Below the pieces are notes generated by a model. The model saw only the letters and a program-made list of their open reading frames with translations, was not told where the DNA came from and searched no databases. Source: the human T2T-CHM13v2.0 reference genome, Homo sapiens. From it: DNA of 64,000 nt. This document shows, one piece after another, positions 43,440 through 56,310 of the stretch. The stretch lies in NCBI RefSeq assembly GCF_009914755.1, contig NC_060927.1. One strand, given 5' to 3'. How positions within the stretch are numbered: the first letter of the stretch is position 1; every line of letters begins with the position of its first letter. Position numbers and translations under genes: made by a program.

Positions 43440-44060
43440 CAGGCTCACCCTCCCACCGCATAGAGACATGCACCCTCACGCTCTTCTGGCCCCACTTGGT
43501 ACGTGAAGTCACCTTTTAGATGAGCAGCAAGTTTCTCACCACCTTCTACTGTGAGAGGAGAGAAGTCTTCATGTATCATCTTTGTTACTTACTTGTCTCA
43601 GTGGGCTTAACCTCCAAACCACCAAAACTGAGAATCAGAAAGAAAACTCCTAATTCTGCCAAACCCATTTGGCTGCCTTTTTTCCATTTTTACCACCTTT
43701 ACCAAAATCTCAAGAGAAAAGATGACTGTTTTTGAAATTTCTTAAATCAGCTGATTATGAAATCTGAAAGGCCCAGACTTAGACATGCTGTCACTACCAA
43801 AACATGGCTGAGTCATCCTTTAAGTTGTGTTGTGTGCATGCATGTGTTTGCATACATACACACACCCTGGCCATGTGTATGCTGGACTTTTGGACCACGT
43901 TCTGGTTATTTTCTGGAAGTTCCGTCTCTACACGTGGGCTGCCTGACTTACACTTGGTAAGTTCTAGTAGCTTCCCACGTATAGGCTTTCTCACTCTTAC
44001 CCCCGTAGCTTCGTGATTTTGCGTCAGGCTCCTAAGGTCAGAAGGAGTTGTTTACAACAT
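43440..44060. promoter_or_regulatory. candidate enhancer (AP-1/ARE, E-box/HRE, forkhead motifs)
   Basis: GCTGAGTCAT 43807-43816, CACGTG 43931, TACGTG 43500 and 43976(-), TGTTTAC 44049; local CpG excess; motif evidence only. Confidence 0.35.
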
Positions 44061-45671
44061 GAAAAGCAAAACAAGAGGAATATCCAGACAATAGCATGAA
44101 TTTCTTTTCCTCTGATAAGGACCAGAGGTCACTCACAGCTCACTGAGAGAGCATCTAAAATCATAGCAAGGCCCCGGCTGAGGCAACTGGGAAACACACT
44201 CATTTTTAGTTTAGTCTATTAAGAAAAAGATCAGTCTTGAATTCATTTGGTTTCAATTTACTTTTCACAAAACACATATGTAGTAAAAGATCTTGGGTTT
44301 GTGTTTTCCTTTCTGCTTGCAAATTTCATCCCATTTAAAACATGAAAGGAGAAAAATAATGGTGCTAACTAGAGCCAAACAAAATATGGGTGGTCACAGT
44401 ACAAACTTTCCCTTAGAAAGCTTTACCCCTACACATAATGGGTGAGAATTTTCCTTACTAGAGAAAGAGAGGCATGTCCTTTGGCAGTGGAGTATTTTGT
44501 TATCAATGAGACACAACACATGCCTGCAGGGATCTGCATTCTCCTCCACTTCTTAGAACCCCAGAGTCTGTAATACAAAAATGGAAATTAGAGTAAGCAG
44601 AGGTTTCATTGAGTGAGAGGTGTTATCCTCCTAATTTTGTCCTCTTGAAAGTAGTTTAATTATTTTCTTGAATTGTGGAGTCCTTTTCCAGTCTGTTTCT
44701 GAATCTCTCAGCTATCAACTTCCAACTTCTGGAGTTATATAACTCTAGAAATCATTAATTTTAGATCTGGAAGATCATCCTCCATGCATGCCTCACTGAG
44801 GCCTTTTCAGGGAAATATTAATATTTCTTAATTGGAGACAGGGCCAGGACTTCTGATTCACAATCCCATGCTCTTTTCACATAGTTATAATATGGAAAAC
44901 TATGTCAAGTTTACATGAAAGAATGAAAAACTTAATTAGAAAGTACTTTGATATTATTGGGACCCATTACTCTCCTCTACCCTCTCATATTTTTGTTGTT
45001 CAGAAGGAGCCTATGATGAAGAATGAGGTAATATAAGCCACTAACTATGCATGAACCTAAGAAGTTGTCTCCTTCGTAATGTTATTTAAAAGGCAATAGA
45101 AAGACTTCTGCTAACTGTCTCCCAGCCCTACCACACATCAACAGCATCCACTCTTAGATATTCTGAATTTCGGGCTAAGCATTACCCTCTCTAGTACCCT
45201 GTCATGAAATTTAAACATTCCTGAGAAATGATACTTAAAGTCATTAACAAACAACTCTGAGTTTGTCTATAAGACACTTCTCCCCATAATGGGAGAAATA
45301 GAGCCTTGGTCTGAGTATCAGAAAGCCCACAAAAAGGAGAAAAGTGCAGAAAAGAGAGATGAAGTATGCCGAACTTAACTTGCATCACACTTTTGCTTAA
45401 GCCAGGTCTTAACCATTATTGTCATGCAATAAAATACAAGTAGCAAAATTCACTTAGAGTCTAGTTGCCTCTAGTAACTGTAGCTAAGGACTGACTAGTG
45501 TCCAAAGAGAACATAAATAAAGATAAGTTATCATTTCCAATTAAATCAACATGTTTTTGACTACTAGTATTCCAGGGGCAATACAGGGGAGATTTCAATT
45601 CCTGTGAGTGATGATCAACATGATGACAATGACAGCTAATGTCAGGTGTATCAGGTACTATTCTAAGTACT

Positions 45672-46260
45672 TTTATTCATTCATTTATCAATTCATTCAT
45701 TTATCCAACACATGCTTACTCAGTACCTGCTATGGGTGAGGCATTGTTTCAGTTGCTGAGCCTTCATGAAGCTCACATTCTAGTAAGCAGTCAGAGTTAG
45801 CAAGCAAGCAAGTATATGCAGAATGTGTCTGATGGTGTAAAGTGCTGTGGAGAAAAATATAGGAAGCTGAAGAAAACGTGTTGTTAGGTGGAGTTGCTTT
45901 TTTATAGACATGGTCAAGGAAGGCTTCAGGGTAAGACCTAAAGGAAATGAGGGAGTGAGCTATAAGGATTTCAAGACAAGAGAAAAGCCCATGCAAATAT
46001 TTTGAATGGGGGGCATGTTTGGTGTGTTTGAAGCAAGGAAGCTGGTGAGGCTGGGGCTTAGTAAGCAAGGGGGAAGAATGGCAGAAGCTGAAGTCAAAGA
46101 GGAATCCTCAATATGCAGGACCTCATAATGCATCAGCAAGACCTTGGTTTTCACACTAATGAAGATAAGGAACTAGTGAGGGTATTGAGCAGAAAAGTGA
46201 TGTGATCTGAGTCATATTTTAAGAGAATCAGTCTGGCTGCTCTGTTTAGATTAGACTCCA
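45672..46260 (-). mobile_element. L2 (L2a-like), splitting a MIR (45620-45670; 46270-46440)
   Basis: (TTCA)n tail, GAAGCTCACATTCTAG, GGTCAAGGAAGGCTTC, GTGTGTTTGAAGCAA, TGAGCAGAAAAGTGATGTGATCTGA. Confidence 0.85.
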
Positions 46261-47438
46261 AGGAAACATATGCAGGTGCTGTATTAACTGATTTACGTCT
46301 CACAAGCTATGAGATTTGCGCTGTTTCCCATTTTACAGATGACAAAACTGAAACGGAGAAGTCACACAGACGGTGAATTGCAGAGCCAGGAGAACAGCCC
46401 TGGCAGCCGGCTCTGGAGGTCATGCTATTAACCTTTACACTCTACCCCTCCTGAAGAAAGATGTTAAATGCAGAGGCAAGGAAAATTGGTGCAAATATCA
46501 TTGGAATGAGATCACTAGGGGTTGTCCTAATAGGGAGAAGAAACATCATTTTTCCTCATTCTATTGTCATTATTTCACAGACCATGTTGCACTTTGTAGA
46601 AAATAAGTCAGAAATACTTGACTGTGTCACATTGTTCAAAAGGAGAAAGTCTATTACAAGGCAGCAATATCGGAGTTATTAGTAGAATTTCATATTGACT
46701 TTGTTTCGGTTACCAGAACTGTCAACTGCAATACTGGAAGAGGGCCTTGCACATTTCTTTGCCAGGCCTGCCCAACACAAAGTTAAGAGGCATGTGGAAA
46801 GAGCCAAAGTTTGCTTTCAGTGATCTCTCTGTTGATATTACCCATTCAAGATTTTCAACCCTCACTCCTAGACAACCTGTGTTTCTCTAATTATTTAAAA
46901 CTTATAAAGAAATTCTCCACAGTGGATATATTTTTTACTCACTTCTCATCTATGGTTTTTTTTAATTCAATGCCTTGTTGCCAAAAGTTCTAAGAGAAAG
47001 TTGTCATTAAATGCTTTGAACACTATCTTAAAACAAAAAGAAGCATAACTAAATTAGCTTCTTTCATGATGTGCCAGAATTTTAGAACCCTTAAAATTAG
47101 ATGTGTAATGTTAATAAAAAGCTGTACTTTTTACACAATTATGTAAAATGTTTACATATATAATTAGGTAAAATGTAACTACAGATACATAAATAATTAT
47201 GTACTAAAAATAATACTTTAAGAATGATTTTTTTCTCGTTCACTTTTTTTAAAGATTGTCTAAAAATTGAATGAATAGAATGAATCCCAACAGATAACCA
47301 AGAAACAAATTCAGCTCAAAGAGAATCTATTTAGTGCCTTAACACTTTAAAGGGAAAGCAAAAGCGGTACTACACGTAGGATTTTCCTACACTCAAAGAT
47401 TTTGCAACCTTGTCAGAAGGACAAGGCTTATATCTTTT

Positions 47439-47534
47439 TTTTTCTGTTTTTTTTTTATTATACTTTAAGTTTTAGGGTACATGTGCACAACATGCAGGTT
47501 TGTTACATATGTATACATGTGCCATGTTGGTGTG
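47439..47534 (-). mobile_element. ~95-bp L1PA (PA3/4-like) 3' stub
   Basis: TTATTATACTTTAAGTTTTAGGGTACATGTGCACAAC...GTTGGTGTG; perfect 16-bp TSD AAGGCTTATATCTTTT at 47423-47438 and 47535-47550. Confidence 0.95.
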
Positions 47535-50500
47535 AAGGCTTATATCTTTTATACTGAAAAGAAAAAATTGCAAAGATAGTAGTTAATATCAGGGTCGAAT
47601 TACACAGAGCAGCAGCCCCTGCTCTTTGGAGCAGTCTTGGGGTCAGCTTCCTGCCAGCACTGGCCGGCTGAGTCCTCACTCCATCCTGCTGTCAGGTTTG
47701 GTCCATTCTCCAAGCCCTGCAGACTCTGAACAATCTGGGTTACTTTGCATTATTACACTTCCAAAGTACCAATCTGAGTCTTATAAAGTGCATACTTTGT
47801 AAGTCTTACAAAGTGCACCTCTAGGAGTGCTGCAGGCTTTTCTTTCTTTCACCCACTTGGAGAGCCACTGATAAAGCTGGAGTTTTAATTGATTTGAGAG
47901 AGGAGAGGCTGAGCCAGGCAATTTTGAACATGGATCCCATGAACAGGGTGGCAGACCTAGGGGAAGTTCCCTGCAGGCAGTGTAGGGCAGCAGGAAGGGA
48001 CTAGATGTCCAGAAGTTTGGGAAATAATATATTGCAAGGCAGAAGAGGAGCCCAGCAAGAAATGTACCTTTCAAATTTGACAGGTGTGACTCCGTACCTC
48101 AGAAATAGATGACAACTTTCTCTACACCTTTTTTTCTTCTGGCCTATATGTTGTTCTCCTTCCAGCCCCCGCAAAACAAAGTAATGGTAGAGTTATTTAA
48201 TTCAAAAACCCAGTTTCCCATTCGAATCCCCAAGTAGTTCTGACGTACGTCCAGGTTAGTGAATCATGTAGAAGTTAATTTATTCATTTAACAAATTTAT
48301 GGAGCCTCTGTTATGAATTAAGTAGGCCTCTGAGGGCCAGCCTAATGTCCAACTTCCACCATTTCTATAGGCAATCTATGTTCTGAGCTTCTAACTACTG
48401 ATTTATGCCATTGGGAACTCGTCCCAGTGGCAAATAGAAAGGTTATTTGTATTCTTTCTCTATTAGAATTTACATGCTGCCTTCACCTTAATGTAAAGAG
48501 AGCACTGGAATCCAGAAGAAGGGACAGCAGACCCCTTGATTTTATTTATTTCTCTCCCTTTCTTTGTACTTGAATTATTTGCATGCTAAGAAAGCCTCAT
48601 GGTACAATTTTTCTAAAGGTTCCAAGAGAGGTATCTATCATAATACTGGTTGATAAAAGTCTAATACATGACAGATCAATTTATATAACAGTCAGCACAA
48701 AAAGACAATGATTCATGTTCCTAAAATGAGAAGATCTCAAAAGTTCACTGATTTATAAGAAGCAGGGAGACTTTGCTCTTGTTTTGGGGATGAATAAACT
48801 CCTGCCCCCCCGGTATGATATTTTTTGGGGGAGTCATAATGAACACAATAAAAGATAAATAATTATTTTATTAATTTAATTCATCCAAGTTTAACATTTT
48901 CCCAGCATAGAACAAATATGATGATAAATAAGTAATAATACCTACTTTTAAATGTCAATTTTTTTCTTAGCATACATTACATTTTTGTATCTTTCTATTC
49001 TACACTTTCATAAATATCTTAGGTATTTTTAGAAAAAGATCCAAGTCGTATGGTCCTTAATTATAACTACAGTGAACTGAGTGACAGGTAAATAAATTAC
49101 TGTTAGGTCAGGAAAAATATGTAGCCTGTATACACACTTTGGAAAAGGAGAGGGCAACATCGTCTCACCTTCTGTACAACCTCACCCTACTCCACTATAC
49201 ACCCCACAAAAAAGACCACACAGGTTTGTGTTTGTGCCTGCCCTCCTCAGTACTGGAAAAATAGTGATAGTGTGAACTTTTGACAGTAGGAATGGATGTT
49301 AATCTCTGGTTCAGGTCTTCTATTTTCCTAACATAATCTTATTTTTAAAAGCAGAGGAAATTTTCTCAATGAAAACCAGCTTTGTTCCCAGAGTGGTTTT
49401 TTTCTATTATTTATTCCTTACCTAGAACCCAGCTCAGGAGAACTGGATGTTCAGTCATTTTCTGAAACAGAAGGTGCTAACCATATCTGAGGCAGTCATT
49501 CTCCTAAGAAAAAATAGAGAAACATTGCCAAACCCTAAAAAGAGTTCCAGCACTAGAATTCCAAAACTTTAAACATGTTTTCAGACTGACAACCTTGTGT
49601 TGTTACCAAATGCCCTTTATCTTTGATCATAATAAACAGTTCTGACTCCTTGGCTGGTTAGGACTGGTTAAGTCCAGAGTTTGTCGGCTGCCTTCACCAT
49701 AAAACTTAAATGACATCAATTCAGTCATCTTGATGTGCATGTTTTCATATCATTTCTAAATAATTAACTCAGCTCTGTCCTTTACAGCTCTGCAATGGTA
49801 GATTTTAGTAACTACTTAAGAAAGGTTTATAAACTTTACTGTTCATGAATAATATTGGGTTTTCTTGAAATCACCGCAAAAGGGACATTCTCATAGAGCA
49901 CCCGGGAAGAGAGCTAAATGTAAGTAAAGGAGCTACACCAATCTAGTTTGATGATCAGTGCCTTGGATTGTTTTATATACATGTTTTCAAATGTTTAGCT
50001 CTCCTTGTTCTGAAAGGATCTGGATCAACTTACAATGATACAAATAACATAGTAAGATAAAATAGATGAAAAATAAGTAAAGAAGATGAGTTAAATTGGA
50101 ACTAAGGACAGAAAAGTGAAATGCAGTATGGTGAAGAGGATACCCTGAATATGTATGAAGACATGCTGTTGTGAGACGGAGTTGTGAAACAGAGGCCACA
50201 GGTAAGGCCCCGGTCTCTCTAGCAGGCCCTGTGATAAGGGAAACATGTTCAATTATCAAAAGACACACAGTAAATTAACCCACTTCTCACCACCATTGCT
50301 GACACACTAAGAGGGTAGAGCTTCACTGGTCTGAGAAAAGATGCAGTACAGCACTTTCTGAGCTGAATAACCAGGCTCTCAAGCCCTCAGAGGGCACCAG
50401 GTGTTGGTTTGAACTCACATCCAACTAAAGAGCTGTCTGCTTCATGTTAGTGGTAAAACCAAGGAGCTTCAAACCCTCAGTTAGCTAACTATTGTCCTCC

Positions 50501-50829
50501 TTGCTTCTGCCTGTAACTAGCCATCACTCCCGAGGGAGTGCAGGTGTTCAACTCTCCCTGACAAGCATGGCAGGTGTGTTTAGGAAAAGGTCACTGGGCT
50601 GTCCCTTGCGTCCTCTTGATTTTGGTCCCTATTCGCTAGGTAAGAGTTTAGGGAAGACAGAGGATCTACATGATTGGGCCCACGCCCTGCCGAACTTGGG
50701 GCACTTCCAGAGACAAAACTGCAGAAAGTGCCATCTAGTAACAAACACATAAAATAAATAAAACAAGTAAGAAAAGTAATAAGATTAAAAACCTGCTAGT
50801 CTCTGTCCATGTATATATGTTTAATAAAA

Positions 50830-51070
50830 TAATAGTTAACCTTAATTGAGCACTATGTGCAGATACTGCTCTAAGAGCCTTACATTTCATTCAAGTAATC
50901 CCACCAATAACCCCATGAGACAGATAGTGTTTTTATTATTATTATTATTTATTTTTTGCAGAGGCAGGGAGAGGTTAGGTGACCGCTTCAAAATCACACA
51001 GCCACTAAGTGGGACAGTTAGGATTTTGACCTAAAAGTCTTACTCCAGAGCTCCCCTCTTAGCTGTGAAC
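50830..51070 (-). mobile_element. MIR
   Basis: TTGAGCACTATGTGCAGATACTG...AATAACCCCATGAG...GAGAGGTTAGGTGAC...TACTCCAGAGC. Confidence 0.8.
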
Positions 51071-52169
51071 TCCATCCAGCACCTTCTTTGCCTCATCCTT
51101 CACCCTTCAACAACACACATTCCAGAGACTACTGTGTCTGATTTCTTTTTTCTTTGGTTTAGCATGATTTCCCCTCCATTTGAAAAAAATTAAGGGAAAA
51201 TCACAGAGTGTTTATGGTGCTACCCCTACATCATCCTCAACCACTTCTCAAAGACGTCACTGCTTATGTGGTGAGCAGGCATCCAAGGGTGCATGCACTG
51301 AATTCTGTCATAGAACTGGAAACTGAAGAAGATGCCAGATGCCTCAAGACAGACTGTGGTCAGAGACATAACTCAGGGGGAGTGCCTGTCCCTAATTCCT
51401 CATTTCTCCTTCATTGTTGGGTCTCCATTCCTCTTTGCTCCACATCAAAAGCTAAGACACTCACTTCTCTAACTTGGCCCATTGGCTTGCCTTGCCAGAA
51501 AATCACCAGCTTGAATCATTCTGATGATAAAACCTTCCACCCGAGGCTGGAGCCCACTTCCTCCGCCCTTCTTTGATCTCTGAAGAATTTTTCTTTTTCG
51601 GAAAAACCATACTGGCAAGCACACCAAACTCCTTCACATACTTGAGATTTTACAGTGGCTTTCTTGGAACCCTGTTGTATTTTACATGTTAGTTGATCTC
51701 TGCTGGATAGGGCCCCACAAGGACCTGTTGACACCTCACGGCAGAATTTCACAAAATGTTCTAGGGAGAGATAATTTTCTAATTATAACACCAAATTTTG
51801 CTTATAAAGGCATTTTCCAACCACTTCATTTCCAGTAGTGGGAATAGTCTGAGGGTGAAATTAGACCCGGGGTGCATACTTTTCTTTCTTTCTATTTTTT
51901 TCTTTCCTTTTTGGTATTAGGAAGTATTTCCTGGAAAACTAGGCCTTGCTTTCCAAATGCTTACCTGAGAATGCAACCCTAAATGTTACCTTCCTTAGAC
52001 TAACCCCTGGAAGCAACAACACCAAGGCTCTGCCCCTGGACAAGCAGGCTTAACACCCCCACCCCCGCCCCGACCAAGGAATGTAGTCTACCCTTCTGGC
52101 CATCTTGGCCCTTTTTGCTCTTTCTGTCTGCCTAGACATCTTGTCCTCCAACCACCAGTTAGAAACACA

Positions 52170-52550
52170 ACTACTTCTCATCCTTTCGACCTTTTTCACT
52201 CTCAAGGCAGCCTTCCCTGACCCACTATATCAGTGTTCCCCAAATGTGGCCTGTGGACCACCCATATCAGAATTACCCAGGGCCTAGGGACCTGAATTTT
52301 AACAAACTCCCATGAAATTCATATACACATGAAAGTTGGAGAATGTCTGCTCTATACTGAGTTCAGTCTCACACTCCACCCTTCCATAGTCCCTGTCTAA
52401 CCCTGCATCATACTGGTAATGACCTTTTTAATGTCTATCTTCTACATCAGAACATAAACTCTCTCAGTACAGGGACATAGTTGGGTTTTCAAAGCTTGGC
52501 AGTCTCTGGCTTACAGTTGGTGCTCAATAAATATTTATTGACCCAAATTA
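52170..52550 (+). mobile_element. L2 3' end interrupted by a MER5A-like MITE (52231-52350)
   Basis: GCCTTCCCTGACC...GGTGCTCAATAAATATTTATTGA; inner CAGTGTTCCCCAAATGTGGCCTGTGGACC...AAAGTTGGAGAATGTCTG. Confidence 0.7.
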
Positions 52551-53669
52551 CAGCAAATAAATTTTGCAGAGCTATTTTTTAAAAGAAATCCTGTGTTTCA
52601 GGAACTAATCTCACTCCACTTTTTAAAGAAGGCAATAAAGCAATCAAAAGATGTTTCTATGAGGAATTTAACCAAAAACTAGTACCCACAGAATGTCACA
52701 TGCCTCTCCATATTGAATCTGACTCCATATCTATTTGGTTTGACCTGTGTGATCACATCAATGTTGTGAATAGCAACAGAGGCATTATCAGTGATTAAAA
52801 TTAATTTCTTCCCAGAAGATGAGTGTTATGGTGTAATGTTTTTTGAAATGTTTTTAAGAACAAAGCTTAAGATGCAAAGAATTTTCCTATCAAGATACAG
52901 CTAAAGAGAGATAGTGACGCATAAGGAAATTCCTTTTAAGAGCCAACTCCCTTCTTCTCATGTGTGAGGAGAACCTAGCTATCAGGCTATTTATTTTGTT
53001 GGAGGGGACAGGGGAATCTCAGAATTATACTTGCTATTTAAATAGCCAGTATAAATTTTTTAAACCATACACTCATTCAAATGCCATTTAACTCTGCATT
53101 TCATCAAGAGTATGCATGCATGTATGTGTGCATGTGCACACACATTTAACACTAAAAAGGCTGTATCGCTGAAATAAAATTCTGAATTATATGTTAAACT
53201 AGAAGAAGATGACCTGGAAATCCCAGAGCAGAGCAGCAACACTGTCATCCATGGAACTGGGATATTTCCCAGACTTTTGCCTGCGCTACTCACCAAATAT
53301 TCTCTTTGCCCCACCCACAAAGGAAATGGCATCATGGGGAGGAACAGGTTGTGACACAGCAAAAATCACAGGGCATAGAAAATAAGCCCACTCCACTATC
53401 TCCGTCCCCTCCAAGCACCAATAGGAGGATTTAATACAGAAAAATAATAAAGTTATGTATATTTTAAGGAATGTCAGTTATGTCCAAATAAAAGGGACAT
53501 TGTTAAACTAAGCTAAGTTGCCAGTGGCCCATAAGCAAAATTCCAAATAACATTTAATGAACCAAAGCTGTGGAAATTCGAGCATAAAGAAAGAGGTTTT
53601 TCACAAACCTTCCATGAGTTTAATCCACTTGGTCAGCTACTGTCAGGAGGAGCAGCCAGTCTGTTGGCT

Positions 53670-53880
53670 GTGAATAATAATGTTTGTGCCAGGCACAGGT
53701 GTGCTAACATGTGGACCAGGCATGTGTGTTATTAATATTATTATCATTATTCCTATTTTATAGATGAGACAGGGTTAGAGACATTAAATCACTAGCCCAC
53801 ATTCACACAAATGGCTAAGTGGTAAAGTTAACATCCAAAATCAGATTATATGAGTCCCAGGTCAATGCTCCCTGCACTAT
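53670..53880 (-). mobile_element. MIR
   Basis: TGTGCCAGGCAC...ATTCCTATTTTATAGATGAGA...GCCCACATTCACAC. Confidence 0.7.
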
Positions 53881-55778
53881 TAAGAATCTGGAAACTTCTG
53901 CTTAAAATCATAATATCTTGAAGAAGTAGGTAAATGTGAGGTAGAAAAAATATATACTTTATTTTCTTGATGGAAGTTCTGGCTCCACTCCAGGGCCTTA
54001 CCCAAAGGTGATGAAATCCACCATTTTGGAACTCTTAATGGGTACCAAAAGGCAAATATGTTCTCAAACTATAAATGGTGGAGGAGAGGGTCTTGAAAAA
54101 ACTATCACTATAGGCAATTTATTGTGACAATTCCAAGACTATTTTCTAAATTATTTTTTCAATTGCAAATCTTCACAGTGGTCAGTCCTGCTTTTCACCT
54201 CATTACCTCACATATGAAATCACTTCCTTTTCTGGTTTAGAAGTAAGAAGACAATTTGAAAGCCTCAGACTTGAAGAAACAACAAACAAGAGAAAGCCCC
54301 CCAAAAGGTGATCGTTATTCAGTAGTTACATAAAAAGGGAATTGAACTAGAGTCTGAAAACACAGGGAAAGTAAGTCACTAATAGAAACAAATGTAATAG
54401 TCACCATATGATTAATTGTTTTGTTTTCAGCCTTCTGAAAACCCTTTCTTTTCTCTTCTCAAAACCCATTCTCGCCTTTCTTTTTCAAAACTCCTGGGAT
54501 TCTTTTGCACATCTGCAAAACCAATGTCAGTTCCAGGTTCCTATTCTGGTGTTGAACCAATCTGGCCTCCAGCCTTGGAAAACGAAGCCAGTTCTCACCA
54601 GACAAACAAATGGAAGTGACCTAATACCTGGGGGATGTGGGAGTGGGGCCTCGACTGATAAATGGCAAAGGATTTCAGGCCTATCTGGTCCTCAGACCAT
54701 TGACAAACAGAATCACATCACGGCTTAGCAGCAAATTGATGCAATCATAGGAAAAAGGTGAATTTTACTTTGAGAGTAGAGAGAGAGTATATGGGATACA
54801 GAGAATTATAAGGTCAAACTAAGTAGTTGTATTCTTTTTAACAGAATGATTTTATAAAAATAGTCAGCAACATAGGGATAATATTTTCTACCTCTCTATC
54901 TTCCTAATGATGATTTATGTCTATCAAACCAAGGCTGGTGGGGGAAAAAAAGCATTTTGATGCTATCAGTAAATAGAAGTAATACTCTTGGTTTGTGACT
55001 TTCTTTCCACTAATAAAAATACTTGAGCCTTTCAGGGTTTTGTTGACCTCTATTAAATTCAGGTAAACTTGGAAGTGAGCAAAACAGAAAACCTGTAGTT
55101 CTTGGAAAGCAATAAAGTCATACTTTGAAATTGAAAGGTTTTAAAAGGTTAGAAGAGAATGCATTTGGGGCCATTTGTGGCAGAAACCAAAATCAGGTGT
55201 TATTATCCTCACCAACAACCATGAAAAGAAACTTAGTTATTTGTGACGGTTCAAGTGGTACTTTCTTTGAGGAAAAAGATTCCAAACAATTCCTGGAAAC
55301 TCTACCTCTCTAAGAAGATGGCATTTTTGTGAATTGAGGATAAAGGCATCAGCAACATATGGAGTACATTTCCCTTTATAAAACTGATTTGTTTAAAATT
55401 GAGGGGAAAACCGCTTGGCAAGGCATGTTGGCCAAGCCAATGGCAAAAAGTCATTTCAGTTTATTGTGATTCTTTTCCATAGTCCACCTCCCAGCCTGTC
55501 GGACATCCGGGCTCATGATTTATAGGCCCTGAATTGAAAACCAAAGGCAGCTGAGGATGCCTAACAAATATGACTTTCTCTTGGCATATGAAACACAACA
55601 TTTCCTTTTCTGCCCCATATCTGCAGAGATGATGGCATAAAAGGAAACAGCTAAAGATTTTCCAGAAACAAGGTGAATTTGAAAAAGCCTCAGAAGTGGC
55701 TGTTTTTTGAAGGATTACTTAGTCTAAGGAAGAAATCCCAGAACTGAGAATTAGACAGACATGGAAGCTTTCCAAAAG

Positions 55779-55889
55779 TGGAGTGACTTATCACCCTGGC
55801 TTGCCCAGGTCTCTCCTTGTTTTATTGCTGAACGTCTTGCATCCCTGGAAACCCCTCAGTTTCAGGCAAACTGGGAAAATTGAGCCATA
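55779..55889. mobile_element. MER81-like hAT-Blackjack MITE
   Basis: CCCTGGCTTGCCCAGG...GCATCCCTGGAAACCCCTCAGTTTCAGGCAAACTGGGA, with internal inverted symmetry. Confidence 0.75.
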
Positions 55890-56074
55890 AAGGCAACTGA
55901 AGTCTATAACAGACTTGAGATGCCTTTCTTTCTCTACATTTCTCTTTTTCTCTACATTTGAGCCAGAAAGTCGTCTCAAGTCTTTTATAGACTCAAAAGT
56001 AGAGAAAGGAAGGTTTTCACAAAGTTGAGAACAGTTTGTGCAATGTGAGCAAGGTGGAAAAGAGTAACAAAAAT

Positions 56075-56310
56075 TCTGATAATAGTAGCTAATATTCATG
56101 TAGTCCTTGATTTGTGTCAGGCCTCTGCTGTGTGCTTTACAAACATTATCTCAGTTAATCCTGATTACAGTCCTGAGAGTTACTTCTTCTTATTGTCCCC
56201 AGTTTACAGATAAGGAGGCTGAGGAACAGAGAAATTCAAGTAACTTGCCCAAGTTCACACAAGTAGTAAAGATAAAGCCAGAGTTAATGTCATGAAGTAC
56301 ATTGAACTTA
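56075..56310 (-). mobile_element. MIR
   Basis: TTTACAGATAAGGAGGCTGAGG..CAGAGA...AAGTAACTTGCCCAAGTTCACAC. Confidence 0.85.

Noticed and set aside
49985-50200. Possible ancient LINE/other repeat remnant
   Set aside because: Too degraded to assign a family without an HMM search
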